Source: Myxococcales bacterium (GTDB taxonomy: Bacteria > Myxococcota_A > Polyangia > Polyangiales > DASUME01). Taken from it: a stretch of DNA of 64,000 nt. A model generated the notes under the pieces. The model was not told the DNA's origin. It saw only the letters and a program-made list of their open reading frames with translations, and ran no database searches. The stretch lies in assembly GCA_047601445.1 (NCBI GenBank), contig JASGJH010000001.1, positions 160,001-224,000 of the forward strand, written 5' to 3'. Below are positions 19,990-28,276 of the stretch, in pieces. Each line of letters starts with the position of its first letter. The first letter of the stretch is position 1. The position numbers were made by a program, and so were the translations under genes.

Positions 19990-21018
19990 GTGTCACCGCG
20001 CGGCCTCTCTGGTCCTCCTGCGTCCGAACACCCAATTCGAAAGCACCTCAGACCGATGGACACTACCACGATTTGCGCGCCGCCAGGCGTTCAGATGCTC
20101 AGCGCTGAGCAACTTCAAGATATCAGTGCTGTGCCGCCCAAGATGCTGCTCGACGCTCACCTTCGCGTCGCGGAAGGCGAGGCGGTACTCCTGTTCGGCC
20201 CGGCGAGCGTGCACAAGACTTGGCTCCTACTTCTGGCTGCGCTCACGGTCTCTGCGAACACGGGCAAGTCCATCTACTTCGCGGGCGAGGGATCGTTGGA
20301 CGCCATGGCCCTCCGTGTCCTTGCTCTGCTTGCCGGAATGAACTTGACGTTGTCTGACGTTCGCGGCCGCTTTCATCTTGCGGTCGGTGGGTTCGACCTG
20401 ATGGATGAAGCCAATCATGCCTGGCTTGCCGAGCAGTCCGATGGGATCGGGCCTGACTTCGTAGTGCTGGACCCGATGTCGTCGTTTTTCTTCGGGGATG
20501 AAAACGCTGCCAAGGACACGAAGGCCTTCGTGGCTGGGCTGGACCAGTGGCGCCGAAGCGGCCCGGTGGCTATCGCGCTCGGCCATCACGCGCGTAAGCC
20601 AAGCGAGGGGCGTCCCGAGGACGTCCGCGGAAGCTCAGTGCTCCGCGCCTGGGCCGATCAGGTCGTGTCCGTTTCGCGAACGACCCCTCTCGAGTCCGAG
20701 AGTCGCCTGCTAGTGCAGAAGCAGCGTGACGGTGCGCCGCGAGCTCCTTGCCTGGTCCGGTTCGCTTTCAGTGATGGACGCGTTGACGTCGCCGTGAAAG
20801 ACGACAACGAGTACGGAGCAGAAGGTGCCGTTCTTTCGGCTCTGCGCGCGGCCCAAAAGCCGCTGAGCAAGACCGAAATTCGAGAGCAGATCGGACGCAG
20901 CAGTGAGGACGTCGCGGCTGCTTTGGCCGGGCTTTTGAAGCGCAAGGTGATCCGTGGTGCCGATGCTCGGCCGTATGAACGCGGCCGTCGCGGCGTCGTC
21001 CGCTACGAGGCGGTCTGA
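19990..21018 (+). CDS. AAA_25/RepA-like (RecA-fold) helicase with C-terminal winged helix
   Basis: Variant Walker A GPASVHKT, YFAGEG, VVLDP, DEN, HHARK, RGSS. Confidence 0.8.
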   Translation: MSPRGLSGPPASEHPIRKHLRPMDTTTICAPPGVQMLSAEQLQDISAVPPKMLLDAHLRVAEGEAVLLFGPASVHKTWLLLLAALTVSANTGKSIYFAGEGSLDAMALRVLALLAGMNLTLSDVRGRFHLAVGGFDLMDEANHAWLAEQSDGIGPDFVVLDPMSSFFFGDENAAKDTKAFVAGLDQWRRSGPVAIALGHHARKPSEGRPEDVRGSSVLRAWADQVVSVSRTTPLESESRLLVQKQRDGAPRAPCLVRFAFSDGRVDVAVKDDNEYGAEGAVLSALRAAQKPLSKTEIREQIGRSSEDVAAALAGLLKRKVIRGADARPYERGRRGVVRYEAV

Positions 21019-21050
21019 GGTTTGCGCGCGCAGAGCGCGGGAAATGGAGA

Positions 21051-21503
21051 GTGTCTATGAAGTTTAAGGGAAATGGTCGAGATCGGTTCACGGGTGTCGA
21101 GCCTGCACCCAAGCGGATGATCGAGCTGAGCCGCGACGATCTGATGAAGTCAGAGATGCCGGAGTTCGACCGCTATCTGTTCGAGGTGACCAAGGCAGAG
21201 GTCACCAAGAGCCAACAGGGGAACGATACCCTTCACGTCATGTTCTCGATCGTAGGTGGACCCTACGGTGGGTACCAGCTGCTTCAGGCCTATCCGATTG
21301 CGGTCTACCGCGACAAGCTCAAAGCCGTGCTTTGGGCCCTGGGGATTCTCGACGTTGGTGAGTGGGGAGGGAGCCTCGATCCTGATCACCTCGTGGGCCT
21401 CAAAGCCTCGGCGGAGCTCTTTATGGAGAGCACCGACAAGGGCGACTACCTCCGTCTCGATGAATGGTTGAAGGCTCCTGAAGTCGAGAGCGCGACGCCA
21501 TGA
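21051..21503 (+). CDS. DUF669-like putative ssDNA-binding protein
   Basis: YLFEVTKAEVTKSQQGNDTLHVMFSIVGGPYGG pattern; located between helicase and primase. Confidence 0.6.
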   Translation: MSMKFKGNGRDRFTGVEPAPKRMIELSRDDLMKSEMPEFDRYLFEVTKAEVTKSQQGNDTLHVMFSIVGGPYGGYQLLQAYPIAVYRDKLKAVLWALGILDVGEWGGSLDPDHLVGLKASAELFMESTDKGDYLRLDEWLKAPEVESATP

Positions 21504-22543
21504 ACATGGTCGAGCACGCACTCGCGTACTTGGAAGCTGGGGTCTCGCTCTTCCCGGTCGATCAGGCCAGAAAGCCGCTGGTCTGTTGGACACGCTGGCA
21601 GCGCGAGCACCCCTGTAAAGCCCAAGTCGCACGCTGGTTCCGTCGATGGCCGTGGGCAGGGATCGCCATCGTCTGCGGCGAAATCAGTGGCTTGTTCGTG
21701 CTCGATATCGAGGTCTACGCGTTGTGGATTCTTGACCAGGTTACGTTGCCCAAGACGCCCACCGTCGAGACGCGCTCCGGTGGGCGGCACCTCTACTACA
21801 AGCATGACCGCGCGTTGCGCTCAACGGTCTGGCACCACGAAGGGAAGCGCATCGGCGAGTTCCGTTCGGGCGGAAACTATGTGATCGCGCCGCCGTCGCG
21901 CGTAGTCGGAGGAGCCTATCGCTGGCTCGTGCATCCGCTTGATGCTGAACTGGTACCTGCACCGGAGTGGGTGTTCGAGAGCCTGATGGCGGTGTCGGCA
22001 GTGTGTCGCTCTTTTCCTCGAACAGCAGACGCGGGGTTGCCTGCGGCGGCACACGCGAGCAGGTCAGAAGCAGACCAAAGCCTTGCGCTTCGAATGGTGC
22101 TGACTGGCAGCCCCGCATTCGAGATCGAAGCCGTTCTGTATGCGAGGCCGGCGTGCAGGGACCGAGGCCGGCACGGTGAGGCCTACGTCCAACGCACCGT
22201 GAGCAAGGCGATAGCGTTCGCGAACCAGCACTACCACGCAGCACGCGTAGCAAGCGTTCGCGATGGGCGTGGCGCAATCGAAATCAACTTCCTCGTGCTC
22301 GAAGGGGCTCATGCCGGACGCATGCTGAAGCGCCGCCTGGATTCAACGATGACCGAGCGCGCCGCGGACGTGTGGGAGTCGTTGCTCGCCCTAGGTTGCG
22401 AACCGCAGCGTCTTCGTCACCTGGTAGGCCTCGAAGTTCGGATCGGCTTGTTCGACTCGCCCTACGGCGGTGTCGCGGTTCGCGGGCCCGTGTACCCGCT
22501 TGTCGGCGCCCTGCAGCGACCATCGGAAGGAGAGAGCCTGTGA
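21500..22543 (+). CDS. Bifunctional DNA primase/polymerase (Prim-Pol)
   Basis: ALAYLEAGVSLFPV..RKPL, GIAIVCG.ISGLFVLDIE, TPTVETRSGGRHLYY, GGNYVIAPPS; SRSEAD motif. Confidence 0.9.
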   Translation: MNMVEHALAYLEAGVSLFPVDQARKPLVCWTRWQREHPCKAQVARWFRRWPWAGIAIVCGEISGLFVLDIEVYALWILDQVTLPKTPTVETRSGGRHLYYKHDRALRSTVWHHEGKRIGEFRSGGNYVIAPPSRVVGGAYRWLVHPLDAELVPAPEWVFESLMAVSAVCRSFPRTADAGLPAAAHASRSEADQSLALRMVLTGSPAFEIEAVLYARPACRDRGRHGEAYVQRTVSKAIAFANQHYHAARVASVRDGRGAIEINFLVLEGAHAGRMLKRRLDSTMTERAADVWESLLALGCEPQRLRHLVGLEVRIGLFDSPYGGVAVRGPVYPLVGALQRPSEGESL

Positions 22544-22748
22544 GCCAGCAAGCAAAACGAGAGCCCCCCTTTTCATGCGAGCAGAAGAGGTCGCAGAACT
22601 CCTGCGCACGACCCGTCGGGCCATCTATGCGATGACCGGGCGAGGCCTCCTTCCCGGGGTGACCCGTGTCGGCCGTCGCCTTCTCTTCCGGCGGGACATT
22701 CTGCTACCTTGGCTGGAGCAAAAGCGTGCGCTGTCGCCCGAGGAGTAG
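22540..22748 (+). CDS. Excisionase (HTH_17); GTG 22540 start needs one extra base in C/T run, otherwise ATG 22575
   Basis: MRAEEVAELLRTTRRAIYAMTGRGLLPGVTRVGRRLLF directly upstream of integrase. Confidence 0.85.
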
Positions 22749-22753
22749 TTCGG

Positions 22754-23891
22754 GTGGCGATCGAAGATACGACCCTACAAAAGAGGCGGCTTCGAAGTGG
22801 ACATCGTCGTGCACTTGCCCGATGGGAAGACGCTGCGAGAGCGCCGCAAGGCGCCCGTGACGTCCAAGTCGGGCGCGCAACGATGGGCTGAGGCACGGGA
22901 GCGCATCCTGTTGTCCGAGGCCCTTGCTCCGAGGAAGCGAAAAGACGTCCCGACCCTTGCGGTGTTCTGGCCGCGATTCCTTGAGGGACACTGCAAAGCG
23001 AATCGACACAAGCCCAGCGGGGTCGACAGCAAGGAGTCGGCCTATCGCAACTACCTGGGGCCGCTGCTCGGCGACAAGAGGCTCGATGCGATCTCCAACG
23101 AGGACATCGCTCGCCTTAAGAGCCACATGGCAGAGAAGCAGCCGGCAACCACGAACAACGTGCTCTCTGCGCTCAACATGGCCCTCAAGGTCGCGCTCGA
23201 GTGGAGCGTGATCGACAACGTGCCGTGTAAGATCCGGCTGCTGCGGAAGCAGAAGCCGACCCCACGGTTCTACGACTTCGATCAATACGCATGGCTCATC
23301 GAGGCTGCGGGCAAGATCGATGCACGGATCGAAATCCTTGCCCTACTTGGCGGTGACGCTGGGCTCCGCCGCGGCGAGATCATCGCACTGGATTGGGGGA
23401 ACGTTGACCTTCGCCGCAATCGACTAGTGATCGATCGCGCCGAGTGGAAGGGCAAGGTCACCGAGACCAAGGGCATGGAGATGCGCGTCGTCCCCATGAC
23501 CGACCGCCTGCATGCCGCGCTCAGCGTTCACCGCCACCTGCGTGGTGACCGCGTGCTCTACACGGATAGCGGTGAGACTGTCACCGCGAAGGTCCTTCAG
23601 AAGTGGATCGCCAGGGCGCAGAAGCGGGCAGGGCTCCGCGCGACCGGGGCGCTGCACATCCTGAGGCACACGTTCTGCTCGCACCTGGCAATGCGTGGCG
23701 CCGCGGCGCTGTCGATCCAGAAGCTAGCGGGCCACAAGAACCTGCAAACTACGCTCCGGTACATGCACCTCGCCGAAGGCGAGGCCGACCGAGCGATTCG
23801 TCTCCTCAACGCGCCCGTGAACACGGGCGCTCGTGGAGACATTCTGGAGACGACTCAACCGTCGATCGCGATGATCAACGGTTCTGCATAG
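22754..23891 (+). CDS. Tyrosine recombinase/integrase (GTG 22754 with AGGAG RBS is one base out of frame; open frame from 22797)
   Basis: AGLRRGE, HILRH, LAGH, TTLRYMH catalytic motifs; ends next to ssrA 3' end. Confidence 0.95.
23834..23852 (+). promoter_or_regulatory. Putative integrase arm-type binding site
   Basis: TGGAGAC-ATTC-TGGAGAC direct repeat starting 61 bp before the att core. Confidence 0.6.
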
Positions 23892-23896
23892 ATAAG

Positions 23897-24253
23897 TGGT
23901 GGAGGCGCCGGGAGTCGAACCCGGGTCCGAGAGTGATTCGCGTTGGCCTCTACGTGCGTAGCCCCTGTACTAGCTTCGCGGTGGGCAGCGCCCGTGGGCA
24001 GGCTCGCTTCACCGCTATCGACCCTTTATTTCGCAATCACGCCGAGTCGAACTCGTGACCGCTAGTCAGTTCAATTACGCCTCCAGGTGAGCACCGACTG
24101 GCTCAGCCCTTCGACGGCTCCTTTGGCTTAATCAGGCCGCGAGAGCGTATGCGTTATCGTTCGCAATTGGTTTTCTGAAGGTATTTACGTCGTCTTCAGC
24201 CGACAGACACGCAACCAACACTGCACAGCCCCCGTCGAAACCGTATCGCCCCC
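23897..24253 (-). ncRNA. ssrA: tmRNA, tag peptide ANDNAYALAA
   Basis: 5' GGGGGCGAUACGGUUUCGAC, 3' GGUUCGACUCCCGGCGCCUCCACCA, internal tag ORF GCG AAC GAT AAC GCA TAC GCT CTC GCG GCC TGA; 357 nt. Confidence 0.97.
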
Positions 24254-24463
24254 TTGCTCCATGTTCTGCTTCGAAACTGAGCGTTCACCCGACTGTGTCG
24301 CACTGGATCGAGACCCGCGATTGAGCGCCGATCTGTGCTCGGATGAGCAGGGTCACAGTAGCCACCGATAGGGGGCCGAGCAAGCTGTGAAGCCCTTTAC
24401 AGTTTGTCCATTTTTTGGCGCAGACCGTGGCCATGTGTAGGCCCATCGGTTACAACGATCCAC

Positions 24464-24988
24464 GTGAACACGACGCCACTACCCGCCAAAAAAGACGTCG
24501 CTCGGGCCTTGTTGCTGCGCGGAAGCGTGTTCATCCACCTGGACCCGCGCCGCTCCGGAGTTCTGGTGCCGGCTCGCCTACGTTCGCAAGCTCAGGTGGT
24601 GCTTCAGGTGGGCCTCGACATGCCCGTGCCGATTCCGGACCTGCGCATCGACCAGGAAGGTGTGTTCGGGACTCTCTCGTTCAAGGGCGTGCCCTTCGCG
24701 TGCTTCGTGCCGTGGGGCGCGGTGTTCGCCCTGGTCGGCGAGGATGCCAAGGGCATGGTGTGGCACGCGGACATGCCGGCCGAGATTGCGGCCGAGGTCG
24801 AGCGCGAGGGGCGCAAGCGCGCCGGTGGCTCGGCCGAGCTAGTCGAGCTCGATGCTTTTCGGGCTGCGCGCCCCCCTGCACCGGAGCCTGGACGCTTCGA
24901 TGTGCGTCGCTCGGGAGCCGTCGCGAAGCGCAAAAGCGATCGTCCGCCGGCCTGGGATCGTCCCTCGTACCTCCGCGTGGTGAAATAG
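24464..24988 (+). CDS. SspB-like ClpXP adaptor
   Basis: VFIHLDPR..GV.VP..L, PIPDL.ID..GV.GTLSF, C.VPW.AVFA and C-terminal RPSYLRVVK ClpX-binding tail. Confidence 0.85.
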   Translation: MNTTPLPAKKDVARALLLRGSVFIHLDPRRSGVLVPARLRSQAQVVLQVGLDMPVPIPDLRIDQEGVFGTLSFKGVPFACFVPWGAVFALVGEDAKGMVWHADMPAEIAAEVEREGRKRAGGSAELVELDAFRAARPPAPEPGRFDVRRSGAVAKRKSDRPPAWDRPSYLRVVK

Positions 24989-25181
24989 GTCGCCAAAGTG
25001 ACTGTCTCGCGGGGTCGCGATCGGGAGGCCGGTCGTGAGCCCGCGCGATGTCGTTTGGGGTATCCAAATTCATTTCCGCGCCCCACGCCGAACGACTAGC
25101 CCTGGCTATGGGCAGTCGAGTCGGCTGAACGTCGTTTAGTAGGGCAGACGCCGCTAGCTCGCTTGCGGGGCAAATTGGCTT

Positions 25182-25219
25182 AAAAACAAGACGCAGCCAG
25201 CGTTTCCACTGGCTGCGTC
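25182..25219 (-). terminator. Rho-independent terminator
   Basis: 11-bp stem gacgcagccag/ctggctgcgtc followed on minus strand by UUGUUUUU. Confidence 0.8.
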
Positions 25220-25372
25220 AACCCCCTGATTGGCTTACTGAGCCCCCCGTACTTGGCTCGGCGTCCCCTCGGAGAGGCACTAAAGCATGGGCCCGTTTGG
25301 GGTGCAATGCGGAAGTGCAAGCCCATTTCACTTTCGAACTGAAGACGTTTAGGATGGCTCGCGCTGGGGAGC
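25182..25372 (-). ncRNA. Candidate structured small RNA
   Basis: No credible minus-strand CDS feeds the terminator; stems GAGCCAUCC/GGGGGGCUC and AUGGGCUUG/CGGGCCCAU need G-U pairs available only on minus strand. Confidence 0.45.
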
Positions 25373-25459
25373 AAGGTTGCTTACCAAGCGGGCGTTTTCT
25401 CTCACATGTCTTGGCAATTCCGTGCGGTTTCGCGGACACTCGAGAAACGAGGACGCAAC

Positions 25460-26170
25460 ATGGCGCTGACGCCGCGTGACCCAGATGAGTTGCTTCGAGA
25501 CGTACCTGTCTTGGCAAATTTGCCAGCCGAGGACTTGGCAGCGCTAGCCCAGGCTGCAGAAATGCGAAAGGCGACGAGAGGCGAACCACTGTTCCAAGAA
25601 GGGGCTGTGGCAGAAGGGCTGGTCGTTGTTCGCACGGGCGAGGTGAAGCTCGTGAAGAGCGCCAAGGACGGCCGCGAGCAGATCCTGTATTTGGCGCGCC
25701 CGGGGCGTCCCATTACGGAGGGGCTGCGCTTCGATGGCGGCACTTACCCCGCAAGCGCGATTGCGATGCGACCGACCACGGTGCTGATCATCCCGAATCA
25801 GATCATCTCCGAAGTCGGAGACCGCAAGCCGCACGTCTTGCGCGCGATGGTGGACCTGCGCGCACGACGTACGGACCGCTTGCTCACGCTGATCGGGGAC
25901 TTGTCGCTGCGCACGGTGCCGGCACGCCTGGCGTCGTTCCTGTGTTCGCTGTCGGCCCAGCGCTCTGCGCGCGGAGAAGACGCGCGAACCTTGGTGCGCG
26001 ACTTGACCACCGAGACGGTGGCGGGACGACTGGGCACGGTGCGCGAGGAGATTTCGCGCGGCCTGGCGTTGCTCGAGCGAGAAGGGGCCCTGAAGGTGAC
26101 GCCGGACGTGGTAGTCATCGAGGACCTGGAGCGCCTCGAAGCCATCGCGTTTGGCTCGCGGCGTAGCTAA
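25460..26170 (+). CDS. CRP/FNR family transcriptional regulator
   Basis: cNMP-binding domain (LFQEG...GEVKL...DGREQIL) and HTH VAGRLGTVREEISRGL. Confidence 0.93.
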   Translation: MALTPRDPDELLRDVPVLANLPAEDLAALAQAAEMRKATRGEPLFQEGAVAEGLVVVRTGEVKLVKSAKDGREQILYLARPGRPITEGLRFDGGTYPASAIAMRPTTVLIIPNQIISEVGDRKPHVLRAMVDLRARRTDRLLTLIGDLSLRTVPARLASFLCSLSAQRSARGEDARTLVRDLTTETVAGRLGTVREEISRGLALLEREGALKVTPDVVVIEDLERLEAIAFGSRRS

Positions 26171-26177
26171 CCCGCGC

Positions 26178-27029
26178 GTGTCATCCCCACCGACCTCGGA
26201 GAGTGCCCGCAAGGACGCTGAGCCTCGCGCTCGGGCGCACGCGGCCGAGGCAGCACGCGGGGAGCTCGGGCGCTGGATCCTGGCGTGCTGCGGGGCCGCG
26301 TTGCTGATGGCCCTGGCGAGTCAGTTCGAGGCCGTTTGGGTCACGCCGCGCTGGGGGTTCTTCCTGGCTTTCGCGGTGGTCGCGCTCCAAACGCTGTTGG
26401 TTGCTTGCGTGGCGCCGATGCGGCGCTTGTGGCTTCCGCTGGGGGCACTGCTGCTCGCGCTGGCTTTCACGGCTCTGCGCGGAAGCGCGCCGGGCGCCTG
26501 GACGGGGGCGGCCCTCACCACCGCGCTGCTGGCGGGGGGCACGGCGATCGGTGCCGCGCTGGGTGCGCGCATCGAACACGCGGGGCACCTGCTGGCGGTG
26601 GCCTTGGTGAGTGGCTTGGCCGATCTGTGGAGCGCCCATGCTGGCCCGACGGCGCGCATGGTGGCCGATGCCATCAGTCGACCCGAGAGGCTCGCCCTGT
26701 TCGCGCTGCCGTGGCCGCTCTGGGGGACGGGTACCATTCAGCCCGTGCTGGGCGTGGGCGACGTCGTGTTCGTGGCGCTGTACCTGGCCACGTTTCGGCG
26801 GCACGGGCTCTCGCGCGTGCGCGCATGCGTGGGCATGGGCGCGGGGTTCGCGCTGGGGCTCGGGCTCTTGCTGGGCCTGGAACGCGCGGTGCCGCTGTTG
26901 CCCTTGTTGGGAGCGGGTGCGATTTGTGCCGACCGCCGGGCGCGTGCGCTCGAGAAGCGTGAGCTCGTCTTGGTGGTGGCGGTAACAGCTGTACTTGCGG
27001 GGCTGCTTGCCACACGCTGGGGAAGGTGA
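26178..27029 (+). CDS. Multi-pass membrane protein (possible GxGD-type intramembrane protease-like)
   Basis: Several TM helices, ADLWS, LGVGDVVF, PLLP motifs. Confidence 0.65.
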   Translation: MSSPPTSESARKDAEPRARAHAAEAARGELGRWILACCGAALLMALASQFEAVWVTPRWGFFLAFAVVALQTLLVACVAPMRRLWLPLGALLLALAFTALRGSAPGAWTGAALTTALLAGGTAIGAALGARIEHAGHLLAVALVSGLADLWSAHAGPTARMVADAISRPERLALFALPWPLWGTGTIQPVLGVGDVVFVALYLATFRRHGLSRVRACVGMGAGFALGLGLLLGLERAVPLLPLLGAGAICADRRARALEKRELVLVVAVTAVLAGLLATRWGR

Positions 27030-27033
27030 GCCC

Positions 27034-28194
27034 ATGCGAGAGGCAGCACAACGCATCGAACGCATCGCCAAGCTGGTGCAACATCCCTCGGTGAGCAGCG
27101 CCGCGCCGGGCTGGGACCAGGGCAATCGCGAGGTGACGCAGGAGCTTGCGGACATGCTCGATGGTGCGGGCTTCGAGGTGGAGCTGATGCCGCTCCCGCA
27201 CGCACCGCACAAGGTCAACCTGCTGGCCTCGTTCGGGCGCGGACCCGGCGGGTTGGTGATCGCGGGCCACACCGACACGGTGCCCTACGACGCCGCGCGC
27301 TGGACCAGCGACCCGTTCACGCTGAGTGAGCGCGATGGCAAGCTGGTGGGGCTCGGCAGCGCGGATATGAAGGCGTTCTTGGCGCTGGCGGTGGAGGCGG
27401 CGCGGGGGCTCGACCCCAACGCACTCGAAGCGCCGCTGTTCGTGCTGGCGACGGCCGACGAAGAGACCAGCATGGACGGCGCGCGGGCGCTGCTCTCGGC
27501 GCAACGGCCGCGGGCGCGCCACGCCATCATCGGCGAGCCCACGGACATGCGGCCGGTGCGAGCGCACAAGGGCATCATGATGGAGCAGCTCAAGGTGGTG
27601 GGGCAGACCGGCCACTCGAGCGATCCCGCGCTGGGCAACAACGCCATCGACGGCATGTTCAAGGTGCTGGACGAGCTCTCGCGCTTTCGTGCCGAGCTCG
27701 CGACTCGCTATCGCAATGCCGGGTTCTCGGTGCCCGTGCCGACGCTGAATTTCGGGCGCATCCAGGGCGGCGACAGCGCCAATCGCATCTGTGGGGAGTG
27801 CGCGCTCGACATCGACCTGCGCTTGCTGCCGGGCATGGAGATGGAGTTCTTGCGGGCGGAGCTACGGCGCCGCGCCGAGGACGCGCTGGCCGGGACGGGG
27901 CTCGCGCTGCTGCACGAGACCACCTTTCCGGGCTCGCCGGCCCACGAGCTCGCGGCCGAGGCGGCCATCGTGCGGGCGGCGGAGGAGCTCACGGGGGAGG
28001 GCGCGCTGAGCGTGGCGTTCGCTACCGAGGCACCGTTCCTGGCGGCGCTGGGGGCGGACACGCTGGTGCTGGGGCCGGGCGGGGTGGCCGAGGCGCATCG
28101 TCCGGACGAGTTCGTGCGGCTCGAACGGCTCGAGCCCACGGTGCGCTTGCTGCAGGAGCTCGCGCGCCGCTTTTGCGTGGGCCAGACGGGCTGA
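27034..28194 (+). CDS. argE: Acetylornithine deacetylase
   Basis: GHTDTVP, GSADMK, ADEET, IGEPT, AHRPDEF; adjacent to argA. Confidence 0.93.
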   Translation: MREAAQRIERIAKLVQHPSVSSAAPGWDQGNREVTQELADMLDGAGFEVELMPLPHAPHKVNLLASFGRGPGGLVIAGHTDTVPYDAARWTSDPFTLSERDGKLVGLGSADMKAFLALAVEAARGLDPNALEAPLFVLATADEETSMDGARALLSAQRPRARHAIIGEPTDMRPVRAHKGIMMEQLKVVGQTGHSSDPALGNNAIDGMFKVLDELSRFRAELATRYRNAGFSVPVPTLNFGRIQGGDSANRICGECALDIDLRLLPGMEMEFLRAELRRRAEDALAGTGLALLHETTFPGSPAHELAAEAAIVRAAEELTGEGALSVAFATEAPFLAALGADTLVLGPGGVAEAHRPDEFVRLERLEPTVRLLQELARRFCVGQTG

Positions 28195-28276
28195 TCGGGG
28201 CGCTCTGGGAGTTGCTTTCGCCGGGCGGAGGCCGTATTTAGCCCCGTTCGGGAGCACTCAAAACAGGAACGAGGTC

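Larger units (their letters stand above)
8987..23919. mobile_element. ~14.9 kb integrative element (phage-satellite/IME-like) inserted at ssrA
   Basis: 25-bp direct repeats, tyrosine integrase next to ssrA, xis-like HTHs, Prim-Pol, AAA helicase, XRE repressor, no capsid/terminase/conjugation genes seen. Confidence 0.9.
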
